This document shows, piece after piece, positions 51,171 through 60,546 of a stretch of 64,000 nucleotides of DNA. Position 1 is the stretch's first letter; each line of letters opens with the position of its first letter. The notes beneath the pieces are model-generated. The model saw only the letters and a program-made list of their open reading frames with translations, was not told the origin of the DNA and made no database searches. Origin of the DNA: Candidatus Poribacteria bacterium. GTDB taxonomy: Bacteria > Poribacteria > WGA-4E > WGA-3G. The position numbers and the translations under genes were made by a program. The DNA is taken from assembly GCA_965242965.1 (NCBI GenBank), contig OZ251518.1, positions 4,160,001-4,224,000 of the forward strand, written 5' to 3'.

Positions 51171-51912
51171 GAGGAACCTATCTATTGTCGGCATTATTCC
51201 TGCGCGCTATGCCTCCAGCCGATTTGAGGGGAAGCCGTTGGCGGACATCTTCGGGAAACCGATGGTGCAGCACGTTTACGAACGCGCCTGCTGCGCCGAA
51301 ACGCTTGACGAAGTCATCGTCGCTACCGATGATAGGCGCATCTACGATGCCGTCATCGGATTCGACGGAAATGTTCAGATGACTGGCGAGTGCGCCACCG
51401 GCACCGAACGCGTCGCGCGCGTAGCAGCAGGGCTAACGTGCGACATCGTCGTCAATATCCAAGGCGACGAACCGTTGCTTGAACCCGCACAACTCGATCT
51501 GATGATACGTCCCTTCATGGCACAAGACGTGCAAGTCGCCACGCTCAAACAACGCATTGAGAACGTGGCGGACTATCGGGACGTGAACGTCGTGAAAGTT
51601 GTCACAAATTTGCGAGGCGATGCGTTATATTTCTCGCGGGCACCAATGCCGGGTAGAATCGATGAAACGGCACTGCAAGCCTCTCCTGTCTATCGGCACG
51701 TCGGCTTATATGCCTACCGCCGCGAGCGGCTCCTCGCCTTCACAAAGTGGGATAGCACGCCTTATGAAAAGGCGGAAGGGTTAGAGCAGCTGCGCTTTTT
51801 GGAGCACGGCGTGCCTATCCACGTCGTTGAAACCGATACACCCCTTATTGGTGTCGATGTGCCTGCGGACTTAGCCCGCGTGAAGCGAATTCTTTCCGCA
51901 ACTGCATCGTAG
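51148..51912 (+). CDS. kdsB: 3-deoxy-manno-octulosonate cytidylyltransferase
   Basis: IIPARYASSRF.GKPLA, VATDD, NIQGDEP, YFSR, LEQLR, VDVP.DL. Confidence 0.95.
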   Translation: MTPANRSERNLSIVGIIPARYASSRFEGKPLADIFGKPMVQHVYERACCAETLDEVIVATDDRRIYDAVIGFDGNVQMTGECATGTERVARVAAGLTCDIVVNIQGDEPLLEPAQLDLMIRPFMAQDVQVATLKQRIENVADYRDVNVVKVVTNLRGDALYFSRAPMPGRIDETALQASPVYRHVGLYAYRRERLLAFTKWDSTPYEKAEGLEQLRFLEHGVPIHVVETDTPLIGVDVPADLARVKRILSATAS

Positions 51913-52476
51913 GGCTTGGGCCCTCGCATGCCACACGCGCAGGCGAGCGGGTTTCCCTCGCCGTGCAACGATCTTCGCGAAAACTGTCTGAATCAGGATT
52001 TAAGGGCATTAGGGTACCGTAGGGCTTGGGCCCTCGCATGCCACACGCGCAGGCGAGCGGGTTTCCCTCGCCGTGCAACGATCTTCGCGAAAACTGTCTG
52101 AAGCAGGATTTAAGGGCATTGGGGTACCGTAGGGCGAGGGCCTGTCCCTCGCCGTGCAACGATCTTCGCGAAAACTGTCTGAAGCAGGATTTACCGGGTT
52201 AGAGGATTTTCAGGATTAGGCAATTTCTGGAGGAAGGTGACAGCATCGCGGGGGACAGGCCCCCGCGCTACGTATCTTCGGGCTGCATCGCGGGGGACAG
52301 GCCCCCGCGCTACGTATCTTGAGGGTGTTTCATAATTCCGTAGTTATCCCCCCTGGGGGGAGTGCCACGTATCGGGCCTACCTCTGTAGTTCGGGAGCAC
52401 CCGCTCCCGAACGGGTCAGGATCAGGCGATCCTGCCCTACAGAGGTGATGCAGTCTGCCAGCAAAACGCATGGCGA
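51909..52476. repeat. REP tandem array (three units) plus a TIR-headed mosaic
   Basis: Unit GTAGGGC...CCCTCGCCGTGCAACGATCTTCGCGAAAACTGTCTGAA; GAGGGTGTTTCATAA at 52321. Confidence 0.85.
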
Positions 52477-52497
52477 AGGAATAAACAAGCAAAAAAA

Positions 52498-54123
52498 ATG
52501 ACAAAATATATTTTCGTGACAGGCGGCGTTATCTCCGGTATCGGCAAAGGCATTACGACAGCATCGCTGGGCCGGTTGCTCATTAACCGCGGGTTTAAGG
52601 TGATGGTAGTCAAGATCGACCCGTACCTCAACGTTGATGCCGGCGTGATGAACCCGTTCCAACACGGTGAAGTGTTCGTCACACATGATGGTGCAGAGAC
52701 AGACTTGGATGTGGGCAACTATGAACGGTTTCTGGGCATCGATCTGAATCGGCACTCGAACTTCACCACCGGCTCCGTCTACAGCGAGGTTATCGCGAAG
52801 GAGCGGCGCGGCGATTATCTCGGCGAAACGGTGCAACTTATTCCGCACATCACCGATGAAATAAAACACCGCATTTATCAACTCGGCAAGGATACCGATG
52901 CGGACATCGTCATCACGGAGATAGGCGGCACCATCGGCGATTTCGAGATGCCACCGTTCGTGGAGGCAATCCGACAGATGGCGGTAGAAGTGGGACGCGA
53001 AAATACGATGTTCCTGCACGTTTCGCTGATTTATACGCTACCGAACGGCGAGAGCAAAAGCAAACCGACGCAGCACAGTATCCGCAAACTCCAAGAATTG
53101 GGTATCCAACCAGACCTTTTGCTTTGCCGCACCCGCCAACCGCTTGATAAAAGCGTGCGCACGAAAGTCGCGATGCTCTGCGGGATTAGCGAAGACTGCA
53201 TTCTTGAAGGGTTAGATACGAACTGCGTTGACGAGATTCCGCTTAATTTTGAAAAGCAGGGGATGGGCGCGCTCGTCTCAAAGCGACTCGGGCTGGAAAA
53301 GCGTGCATCGCAGGATACCGAATGGCGCGCGATGGTGGATAAACTCAAAAACCCGAAGCACACGGCGCGCATCGCCATCGTTGGAAAATATACCAGTGGC
53401 AGCGATGCCTACATCAGCGTGCAGGAGGCACTCAAACACGGCGGGATTGCCAACGAAGCAGCAATTGAGATGCGGTGGATAGACGCAGAGACACTCGTTG
53501 GCACTGCTTGTTGTAGCACCACTTTTGAAAATATGGACGGCATCCTCGTGCCGGGAGGGTTCGGGTATCGCGGCATTGACGGCATGCTCGTTGCGGCGCA
53601 ATATGCGCGCGAAAATCGTATCCCCTATTTAGGCCTCTGCCTCGGCATGCAGTGCCTCGTGATAGACTTCGCGCGGAACGTCGCTAACCTCCAAAACGCG
53701 AACAGCACGGAAGTCGATGCCGATACGCCGCATCCTGTCATCGATTTAATGGAGGAACAACGCGCCATCGCTGACCTCGGGGCGACGATGCGACTCGGCA
53801 TTTACCCGTGTGTTTTGAAAAAAGAGACGAAAAGTTACGCCGCATATCAGCAACCTATTATCGTGGAGCGGCACCGGCACCGGTATGAGTTCAACAACCG
53901 TTACCGCACGGAATTAGAATCGGCGGGGCTCTCTTTTAGCGGTGTTTCCCCAGACGAAAGCCTCGTTGAAATCGCGGAGGTAACGGCGCATCCGTGGATG
54001 GTAGGTTCGCAGTTCCATCCCGAATTTCAGTCAAAACCGCTTGCACCGCATCCCCTCTTCCGCGATTTTATCGCCGCGGCGTTGGGTTATCAAGAAAAAA
54101 ACGTCCACGTAAGCACTACGTAA
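52498..54123 (+). CDS. pyrG: CTP synthase
   Basis: KYIFVTGGVISGIGKG, KIDPYLNVD, KSKPTQH, GLCLGMQ, RHRHRYE, QFHPE. Confidence 0.98.
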   Translation: MTKYIFVTGGVISGIGKGITTASLGRLLINRGFKVMVVKIDPYLNVDAGVMNPFQHGEVFVTHDGAETDLDVGNYERFLGIDLNRHSNFTTGSVYSEVIAKERRGDYLGETVQLIPHITDEIKHRIYQLGKDTDADIVITEIGGTIGDFEMPPFVEAIRQMAVEVGRENTMFLHVSLIYTLPNGESKSKPTQHSIRKLQELGIQPDLLLCRTRQPLDKSVRTKVAMLCGISEDCILEGLDTNCVDEIPLNFEKQGMGALVSKRLGLEKRASQDTEWRAMVDKLKNPKHTARIAIVGKYTSGSDAYISVQEALKHGGIANEAAIEMRWIDAETLVGTACCSTTFENMDGILVPGGFGYRGIDGMLVAAQYARENRIPYLGLCLGMQCLVIDFARNVANLQNANSTEVDADTPHPVIDLMEEQRAIADLGATMRLGIYPCVLKKETKSYAAYQQPIIVERHRHRYEFNNRYRTELESAGLSFSGVSPDESLVEIAEVTAHPWMVGSQFHPEFQSKPLAPHPLFRDFIAAALGYQEKNVHVSTT

Positions 54124-54144
54124 GCACAGATGGCTATAATTGGG

Positions 54145-54339
54145 CCTACCTCTGTAGTTCGGGAGCGCCCGCTCCCGAACGGTTCAGGATCGGGCGATCC
54201 TGAACTACAGGGGTGATGCGGTCTGCTAGCCAAACGCATGGCGAGGGACAGGCCCTCGCCCTACGTGAAGGGGCGGCGTTTTTTCACCGCAGCGCGGGGC
54301 CTGTCACCGCGACGTTGAGCGATTTATGAAACACGCTCA
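54145..54339. repeat. REP mosaic ending in a MITE right TIR
   Basis: REP modules, then TTATGAAACACGCTC. Confidence 0.75.
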
Positions 54340-54363
54340 TATATGTCCGAATGGAGAAAACTT

Positions 54364-55623
54364 ATGAAGAACACAGCCACAATCCACTCGCGCGCATGGT
54401 ATGGCGACGAAGAACTGACGCTGAATTTCCCTACCGGTTGGGAAGTGGAGATACTGGGCCCGAAAGATGGCCCCGCGCTCTCCGATGCCCAATTTGCGCA
54501 GGCATTCGCCGAACCCATCGGCACACCCCGCATCGCCGCAATGGCGAAGGGCAAAAAGAGTGCCGCCATCGTTGTCGATGACCTGAGTCGCCCGACACCT
54601 GCCGCCAAGGTCATCCCGTTTCTCCTCCGCGAACTCACCGAAGCCGGTGTCCCGAAATCGGAGATTCAGTTCGTCGTCGGAGGCGGTTCGCACCGGCCCC
54701 TCACGGATGCGGAAGCCGCCAAGAAAGTCGGCACCGATATCGCCGCCGAATACGAAGTGACGAGCCATAACTTTATGGCAGGAGATCTGCGCGCCTTGGG
54801 AAGTCTTGACAACGGCTTGCCCATCTATGTCAACCGTGTCGTCGCCGATGCCGAGTTCAAAATCTGCCTCGGCGGTATCTATCCGCACGGTGCCGTCGGT
54901 TTCGGCGGCGGCGCGAAACTCGTCGTCCCCGGCATCGCTGGGTTCGCAACGATGTTCTACTTCCATTCGTTCTCACCGAGCCGTGGGCACGCCGTAATTG
55001 AACGCCAGGGAAACGAACCAGATCATCGCGATTTCTCCGAGGCGGTGGCGCGAAAACTGGGACTTGACGTTATTGCCAACGTTGTGCTGAATAGCCGCCG
55101 CGAAATCTGCGGCTTGTTCGTGGGTGACTTCGTGCAGGCGCATCGCAAAGGCGCGCATTTCGCTTTGGATACTTACGGCACCGTCATACCGGAAACTAGC
55201 CGAAAAGCGACAGACCTGGTTGTATTGAACTGCTATCCGCTCGATGCCGATCCGATTCAGACAGGGAAGGCACTCTGGGCCCCGCGCTATTTCGAGAAGG
55301 CGTGGAAGTTGGCACTCAACCCTGCCACCGATGGTATCTGCTATCACGGCCTGTTTGACCAGGTAGATTATGCGCGGTTCCTGCGGCAGCGGGAAGGGAA
55401 GGCGCAGCCTGAGTTGCCCGCGCCGCGACTCGGGCGGCGGGAGCAACTGCACGTCTGGTCCGAGCATTTTCGGGTAGATGATTTCTATAAGAAACATCCG
55501 GATGCGTTGCTCTTCCGCGATTTGGCGCAGCTGCTCCAATTATTCGCGGAGAAACTGCCAGCGAATGCGAAGGTGGCGGTGCTGCCTGCCGCTGGCATCC
55601 AGGTCCTCGCAGCGGGCAATTAA
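54364..55623 (+). CDS. LarA-family (DUF2088) racemase/epimerase
   Basis: IVVDDLSRPTP, GGGSHRP, PHGAVGFGGGAK. Confidence 0.85.
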   Translation: MKNTATIHSRAWYGDEELTLNFPTGWEVEILGPKDGPALSDAQFAQAFAEPIGTPRIAAMAKGKKSAAIVVDDLSRPTPAAKVIPFLLRELTEAGVPKSEIQFVVGGGSHRPLTDAEAAKKVGTDIAAEYEVTSHNFMAGDLRALGSLDNGLPIYVNRVVADAEFKICLGGIYPHGAVGFGGGAKLVVPGIAGFATMFYFHSFSPSRGHAVIERQGNEPDHRDFSEAVARKLGLDVIANVVLNSRREICGLFVGDFVQAHRKGAHFALDTYGTVIPETSRKATDLVVLNCYPLDADPIQTGKALWAPRYFEKAWKLALNPATDGICYHGLFDQVDYARFLRQREGKAQPELPAPRLGRREQLHVWSEHFRVDDFYKKHPDALLFRDLAQLLQLFAEKLPANAKVAVLPAAGIQVLAAGN

Positions 55624-55625
55624 TC

Positions 55626-56100
55626 GAGGGTGTTTCATATTTCGATGTGTTCGGTAGGAGAGACCTCGGGGCTCGATTTCCGGTAGGCGAGACCTCCTGG
55701 TCTCGATGTTCCCGTAGCGCGGGGGCCTGTCCCCCGCGATCTCCATCGGCACGATTTCTTCGTAGTGCGGGGGCCTGTCCCCCGCGAGCGTCCATCGTCA
55801 AGTTATGTTTTTAGGTCCTTCAGGACCTGAAGAGAACAAGAGACATTTTTTCCGTAGCGCGGACGATGGCGAGGGACAGGCCCTCGCCCTACGGTACCGC
55901 ACGCCGTTTTTTTTCGTAGCGCGTGGGCCCTCGGATGCCACACGCGCATCCGAGCGGGTTTCCCCCGCGAGCGTTGGAGTGCGCGGACGCTGGCGAGGGA
56001 CCTATTGCATCGAGACCAGGAGGTCTCTCCTACCGGGAAAACGGAAGCGTTCGAGGTCTCACGAAACCATTTTTACAAAAACGAGTTATGAAACACTCTC
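55626..56100. mobile_element. MITE-like element
   Basis: TIR GAGGGTGTTTCATA / TTATGAAACACTCTC; perfect 8-bp TSD AATTAATC. Confidence 0.85.
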
Positions 56101-56137
56101 AATTAATCCGTCCTTTCATCGGAGCAATTCTTGAAAC

Positions 56138-56653
56138 ATGTTAAAAAAACTTAACACCACCCTCGGCAAGATTGAAACCGGACTGTTATGCGGCATCGTC
56201 GCGATGATGGTAGGGCTCGCAATCCTCAAAATCGTCCTGCGCTATATCTTCCACACTAGTCTCCTGTGGAGCGATGTAATGTTGCAACACTTGACGCTCT
56301 GGCTTTGCTTCCTCGGTGCCGCTCTCGCTACTTGCGAGAGGCGACACATCAGCATCGATGTGCTAAACCGAATTTTGCCCAAAAACATTACGCGCTGGAG
56401 CACGCTCATCGTGGATAGTCTCAGTCTTCTCGTGGTGGCAATTCTCGCCTATTACGGGTTTGAATTTCTCGGAGACGAACGGCAGAGTCCGGCGGTGCTA
56501 ATTGGGAGCATTCCGCTGTGGTGGGCAAAGGCGATTATTCCGTTCGGGTTTGTGTTAATCGGGGTGCATCTGATCCTCCAACTGGGTTTGTGGTTCTCGG
56601 AAAATCATAATCAGGAGAATGAGGAAAATCAAGAACGGGAGCGCGCAGACTGA
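56138..56653 (+). CDS. dctQ: TRAP transporter small permease
   Basis: Four TM segments; LWLCFLGAALA..RRHISID. Confidence 0.9.
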   Translation: MLKKLNTTLGKIETGLLCGIVAMMVGLAILKIVLRYIFHTSLLWSDVMLQHLTLWLCFLGAALATCERRHISIDVLNRILPKNITRWSTLIVDSLSLLVVAILAYYGFEFLGDERQSPAVLIGSIPLWWAKAIIPFGFVLIGVHLILQLGLWFSENHNQENEENQERERAD

Positions 56654-56661
56654 GGGACATC

Positions 56662-57144
56662 GAGGGTGTTTCATATACCAATGCCTTGCCGGTAGGAGAG
56701 ACCTCCTGGTCTCGATGCAATCGGGCGGCGCGCCTCCCGGGGTCGCGGCGGCAGAAGGTCCCCCCTTCATCGGAGGGCGAAAGCCTGTCCCTCGCCATCG
56801 CTCGCGCGCCAGGTTCTGTAAGTCAGGATCGCCTGCTCCTGACCCGTTTGTGATCAGGCGATCACAAACTACAGATGCGGAAACACACATCGTGACGATG
56901 GACAACGCGGGGGAAACCCGCTCGGATGCGCGTATGGCATCCGAGGGCCCCCGCGCTACGATAAAAAACGTCTCTTAGGTCCTAAAAGACCTAAAACGCC
57001 ACCGCTTGACGATGGCGATCGCGGGGGACAGGCCCCCGCGCTACGGGAACATCGAGACCAGGAGGGCTCTCCTACGGGGACATCAATTGCATCGAGACCG
57101 GGAGGGCTCTCCTACGGGTGTGCATCGATTTATGAAACACCCTC
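56662..57144. mobile_element. MITE-like element inserted between dctQ and dctM
   Basis: TIR GAGGGTGTTTCATA / TTATGAAACACCCTC; degenerate TSD AGGGACATC / AGGTAAATC. Confidence 0.8.
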
Positions 57145-57177
57145 AGGTAAATCAAGAATGGAAGGAGAAAGAAACGC

Positions 57178-58464
57178 ATGGGTATCTTAATTGGCGGGGG
57201 ATTGGTGCTGTTCGCGCTGTTTGGCGGCGCGCTGTTCGCACTGCTCGGCGCGGCGGCGATTATCGGCTACGCCACCGCCGGCGAACCTATCTCCACGGTG
57301 CTAATCGATTTCAATCGACTCACGAAGAATCCGACGATTCTGGTGATTCCGCTGTTTACGTTCGCCGGGTATCTGCTGGCAGAAGGCAAGGCACCGCGCC
57401 GGCTGATTGCGTTCGCGCGAGCGAGCGTCGGATGGGCACCCGGCGGTATCGCCATCGTCGTGCTGTTTACGTGCGCGTTTTTTACCACCTTCACCGGCGC
57501 ATCAGGCATCACGATTATCGCACTCGGCGGCTTGCTATTTCCTGTCCTGCGTCAAACTTATACCGAACGGTTTTCACTCGGGCTCGTCACTGCATCTGGA
57601 AGCATCGGGTTGCTCTTTCCACCGAGCATTCCGCTCATCCTCTACGCGATTATCGCGCGGGAGAGCATCGACAGGATGTTACTCGCAGGGATTATTCCCG
57701 GCCTGCTCATCCTCTTTGTTCTCGGCACTTACTGTTGCGGGTGGAGTCTCATCAAACGGACAGAAACAACGCCGTTTGACGCGGGGGCACTAATACGAAC
57801 ACTTTGGGAAGCGAAATGGGAACTGCTCCTACCGTTTCTGGTGTTAGGCGGTATCTTATCCGGCTGGATTACGCTTGACGAGGCGGCGGCGTTAACGGCT
57901 ATTTATGTCTTCGTCGTTGAAGTCTGCATCCATCGTTCTATCTCCGTGCGAGATTTGCCGCGCATTGTCAAGGAGAGCATGCTGTTAGTCGGCGCGATTC
58001 TCATTATTCTCGGCATCGCCCTCGGATTGACAAACTATCTCATCACGCTGGACGTGCCGACGAGTGTGCTGGAGTGGATTCAAGCCAAAACCGAAAACAG
58101 AGTCATCATGCTGATTGGGCTCAACATCTTCCTGCTCATCGTCGGCTGCTTGATGGACATCTTCTCTGCGATTATCATCGTGGTGCCGCTGCTACTGCCC
58201 CTCGCGGAGGAGTTCGGGATTGACAAGGCGCACCTCGGCATTATTGTCTTGACGAACCTTGAAATCGGGTATTTGACACCCCCGGTAGGGATGAATCTGT
58301 TCATTTCCAGCCTGAAATTTGAACGCCCGGTGGTGCTGCTTTATCGTTCCGTGTTGCTGTTTATCGGCTTATTGCTGATAGCCCTCTTGCTGGTGACATA
58401 TTTGCCGGAGTTGAGTTTGTGGCTGCCGCGGGTGTTGGGGAAAACGCCGCTGTCGATTTTGTGA
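57178..58464 (+). CDS. dctM: TRAP transporter large permease
   Basis: IPLFTFAG, GSIGLLFPPSIP, IGYLTPPVGMNLF. Confidence 0.93.
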   Translation: MGILIGGGLVLFALFGGALFALLGAAAIIGYATAGEPISTVLIDFNRLTKNPTILVIPLFTFAGYLLAEGKAPRRLIAFARASVGWAPGGIAIVVLFTCAFFTTFTGASGITIIALGGLLFPVLRQTYTERFSLGLVTASGSIGLLFPPSIPLILYAIIARESIDRMLLAGIIPGLLILFVLGTYCCGWSLIKRTETTPFDAGALIRTLWEAKWELLLPFLVLGGILSGWITLDEAAALTAIYVFVVEVCIHRSISVRDLPRIVKESMLLVGAILIILGIALGLTNYLITLDVPTSVLEWIQAKTENRVIMLIGLNIFLLIVGCLMDIFSAIIIVVPLLLPLAEEFGIDKAHLGIIVLTNLEIGYLTPPVGMNLFISSLKFERPVVLLYRSVLLFIGLLLIALLLVTYLPELSLWLPRVLGKTPLSIL

Positions 58465-58499
58465 GAAATGGACAGATAGAGAGATCCGCGTCTGCCACG

Positions 58500-58782
58500 G
58501 GCATGGCGAGGGACAGGCCCTCGCCCTACGGTGAGGGGGGGCGTTTTTTCCCGTAGCGCGGGGGCCCTCGGATGCCACACGCGCATCCGAGCGGGTTTCC
58601 CCCGCGATCGTTGGGTGGCACGAACGATGGCGAGGGACAGGCCCTCGCCCTACGGTGAAGTGCCGTTTTTTTCGTAGCGCGGGGGCCTGTCCCCCGCGAG
58701 CGAAGGTGGACCCGATGCCTGCCGGTATTCGCCCGCCCGCCAAGGCGGGATACATACCGAAACGGCGTTAGGAAACACCCTC
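58500..58782. repeat. REP mosaic ending in a MITE right TIR variant (TTAGGAAACACCCTC)
   Basis: Directly abuts the cas2-like remnant. Confidence 0.8.
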
Positions 58783-59003
58783 ACAATATTGCAGACAACC
58801 GGCGGCAGAATCAACTCGCGAAAGTGCTGGAAGGATTCGGTTACCGCGTCCAGCGCAGCGTTTTTGAAGCGCGTCTCAGCACCCAAACGCTCCCGGTCTC
58901 TGAGCCACCGCGCGGCTTATCCGCTCGGAAAGGGGAATTTTCCATCAACCTTCTGAAAAATTTAAAAAAATTTGACATTTCCGTTCATTTATCGTATAAT
59001 TAA
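58782..59003 (+). pseudogene. cas2: cas2 remnant, N-terminus replaced by the repeat element
   Basis: Manual translation HNIADNRRQNQLAKVLEGFGYRVQRSVFEARL matches the Cas2 pattern YDI.D.RR...AK.LE.YG.RVQ.SVFE. No start codon; YD is changed to HN. Confidence 0.8.
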
Positions 59004-59239
59004 TAACGAAGACCCAAATGCGATACGCGCCGCCACGCTCGGCAACCCCACAATTACCCACAAACCGCTGTGTCACAGGGGTTTTGGAGACATCGTGCGA
59101 GAACATCGCGTTTGGATCAAGGAGGACAAGGGTTCTTGCGTATTTTCGCAGAACCTGCGCCCGAAAAAACGCCCGCTTTGAATCGCGTTTGGCTCTGGGC
59201 TTTTGATACCCGGGCACAGAGGGGTTCAAAAGCATAGGG
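58972..59239 (+). promoter_or_regulatory. CRISPR leader with consensus promoter
   Basis: TTGACA(58972-58977)-17-TATAAT(58995-59000), upstream of the first repeat. Confidence 0.75.
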
Positions 59240-60546
59240 GTTTGGAAACGCCTTCCCGTTTGAAGGGAATAGAAACTTCCTCGAAGAATGCCCGGTTCAA
59301 TTCGGTGAGGGCTTTGTTTGGAAACGCCTTCCCGTTTGAAGGGAATAGAAACAAACGGTTATCCTGAATTCGGCTATCAGGCTTTGCTTCTTGTTTGGAA
59401 ACGCCTTCCCGTTTGAAGGGAATAGAAACTTGAACTTGATTGCTTCGATTTCGACCCCGTAAGTAAAGTTTGGAAACGCCTTCCCGGTTGAAGGGAATAG
59501 AAACATGAGGTCCGTCGCTTTCTTGGCACTGCCGATGATGGGTTCGGAAACGCCGTCCCGTTTGAAGGGAATAGAAACAAAAGCACCGCCTTCCGCTCGA
59601 TCGGTTTCAAACGGCGTTTGGAAACGCCGTCCCGTTTGAAGGGAATAGAAACTCGATCGGTTTAAGGCTTGCGAGGGCCTGTCTTAACGGTTTGGAAACG
59701 CCTTCCCGTTTGAAGGGAATAGAAACTTGTCAAACTTGTTCGTTTGGACCTGAATCTGTCCTAAGTTTGGAAACGCCTTCCCGTTTGAAGGGAATAGAAA
59801 CGATAACGCCGTTTCGCCCATCGCTTCGCGAGCCTCAACGTTTGGAAACGCCTTCCCGTTTGAAGGGAATAGAAACCGGCGATACATTCAGGCACGCACT
59901 CAGTGCATCCGCGTTTGGAAACGCCTTCCCGTTTGAAGGGAATAGAAACATAAGCCCGTAGTGCTTATGGCTCGTGGTAATCCCAAGTTTGGAAACGCCT
60001 TCCCGTTTGAAGGGAATAGAAACTCCCAGCAGACCTTACAATAATCGCCCTCGATATAGTTTGGAAACGCCTTCCCGTTTGAAGGGAATAGAAACTGTTT
60101 GGTATAATCGCAGGTAAAATGACTAAAACTAATGTTTGGAAACGCCTTCCCGTTTGAAGGGAATAGAAACGTAAAATAAACACTCGTCTCGATCGGGCTG
60201 TGTACCGTTTGGAAACGCCGTCCCGTTTGAAGGGAATAGAAACTTGAAAGTAGAATAATTAGTTCGCGAAGTAATAGGTTTAGTTCGGAAACGCCTTCCC
60301 GCTTGAAGGGAATAGAAACACCTTCGCAGACATCGCATCCATCGGCTGGATATGGAGTTTGGAAACGCCTTCCCGCTTGAAGGGAATAGAAACCTATCAA
60401 CCGTTATTGCTCCTTGAAGCGTACGATCGAAGAGTTTGGAAACGCCTTCCCGCTTGAAGGGAATAGAAACAACGCACCTTGCGGCTGACGATCAAAGACG
60501 ACGAAGTGAATTAGGAAACGCCTTCCCGCTTGAAGGGAATAGAAAC
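59240..60546 (+). CRISPR. CRISPR array: 18 repeats (37 bp) and 17 spacers (35-40 bp)
   Basis: Repeat GTTTGGAAACGCCTTCCCGTTTGAAGGGAATAGAAAC with a TTCCC/GGGAA stem and a GAAAC end. The degenerate last repeat (ATTAGG...) and the leader promoter give + orientation. Confidence 0.99.

Noticed and set aside
51909-52200. Regularly spaced tandem units resembling a second CRISPR array (also 28059-28472 and 38790-39100)
   Set aside because: The intervening sequences are themselves repeated, so these are REP tandem arrays without unique spacers.
53494-53523. VGTACCSTT segment in PyrG as a possible in-frame REP
   Set aside because: No exact GTAG foot and no matching intergenic copy in the window; the loop is naturally variable.
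3706-58755. Dozens of 60-250 aa ORFs with RDRPSPY / GTGPRAT / GQALALR / VGETS peptides
   Set aside because: They are translations of REP/MITE palindromes, not genes.
59670-59683. Spacer 6 contains GCGAGGGCCTGTC, matching the chromosomal REP (possible self-targeting)
   Set aside because: Only 13 of 37 nt match; the spacer is better explained as antisense to a coding sequence (RQALA) that overlaps spacer 5.
59297-60400. ORFs with FLFPSNGKAFPN repeats
   Set aside because: They are translations of CRISPR repeats.
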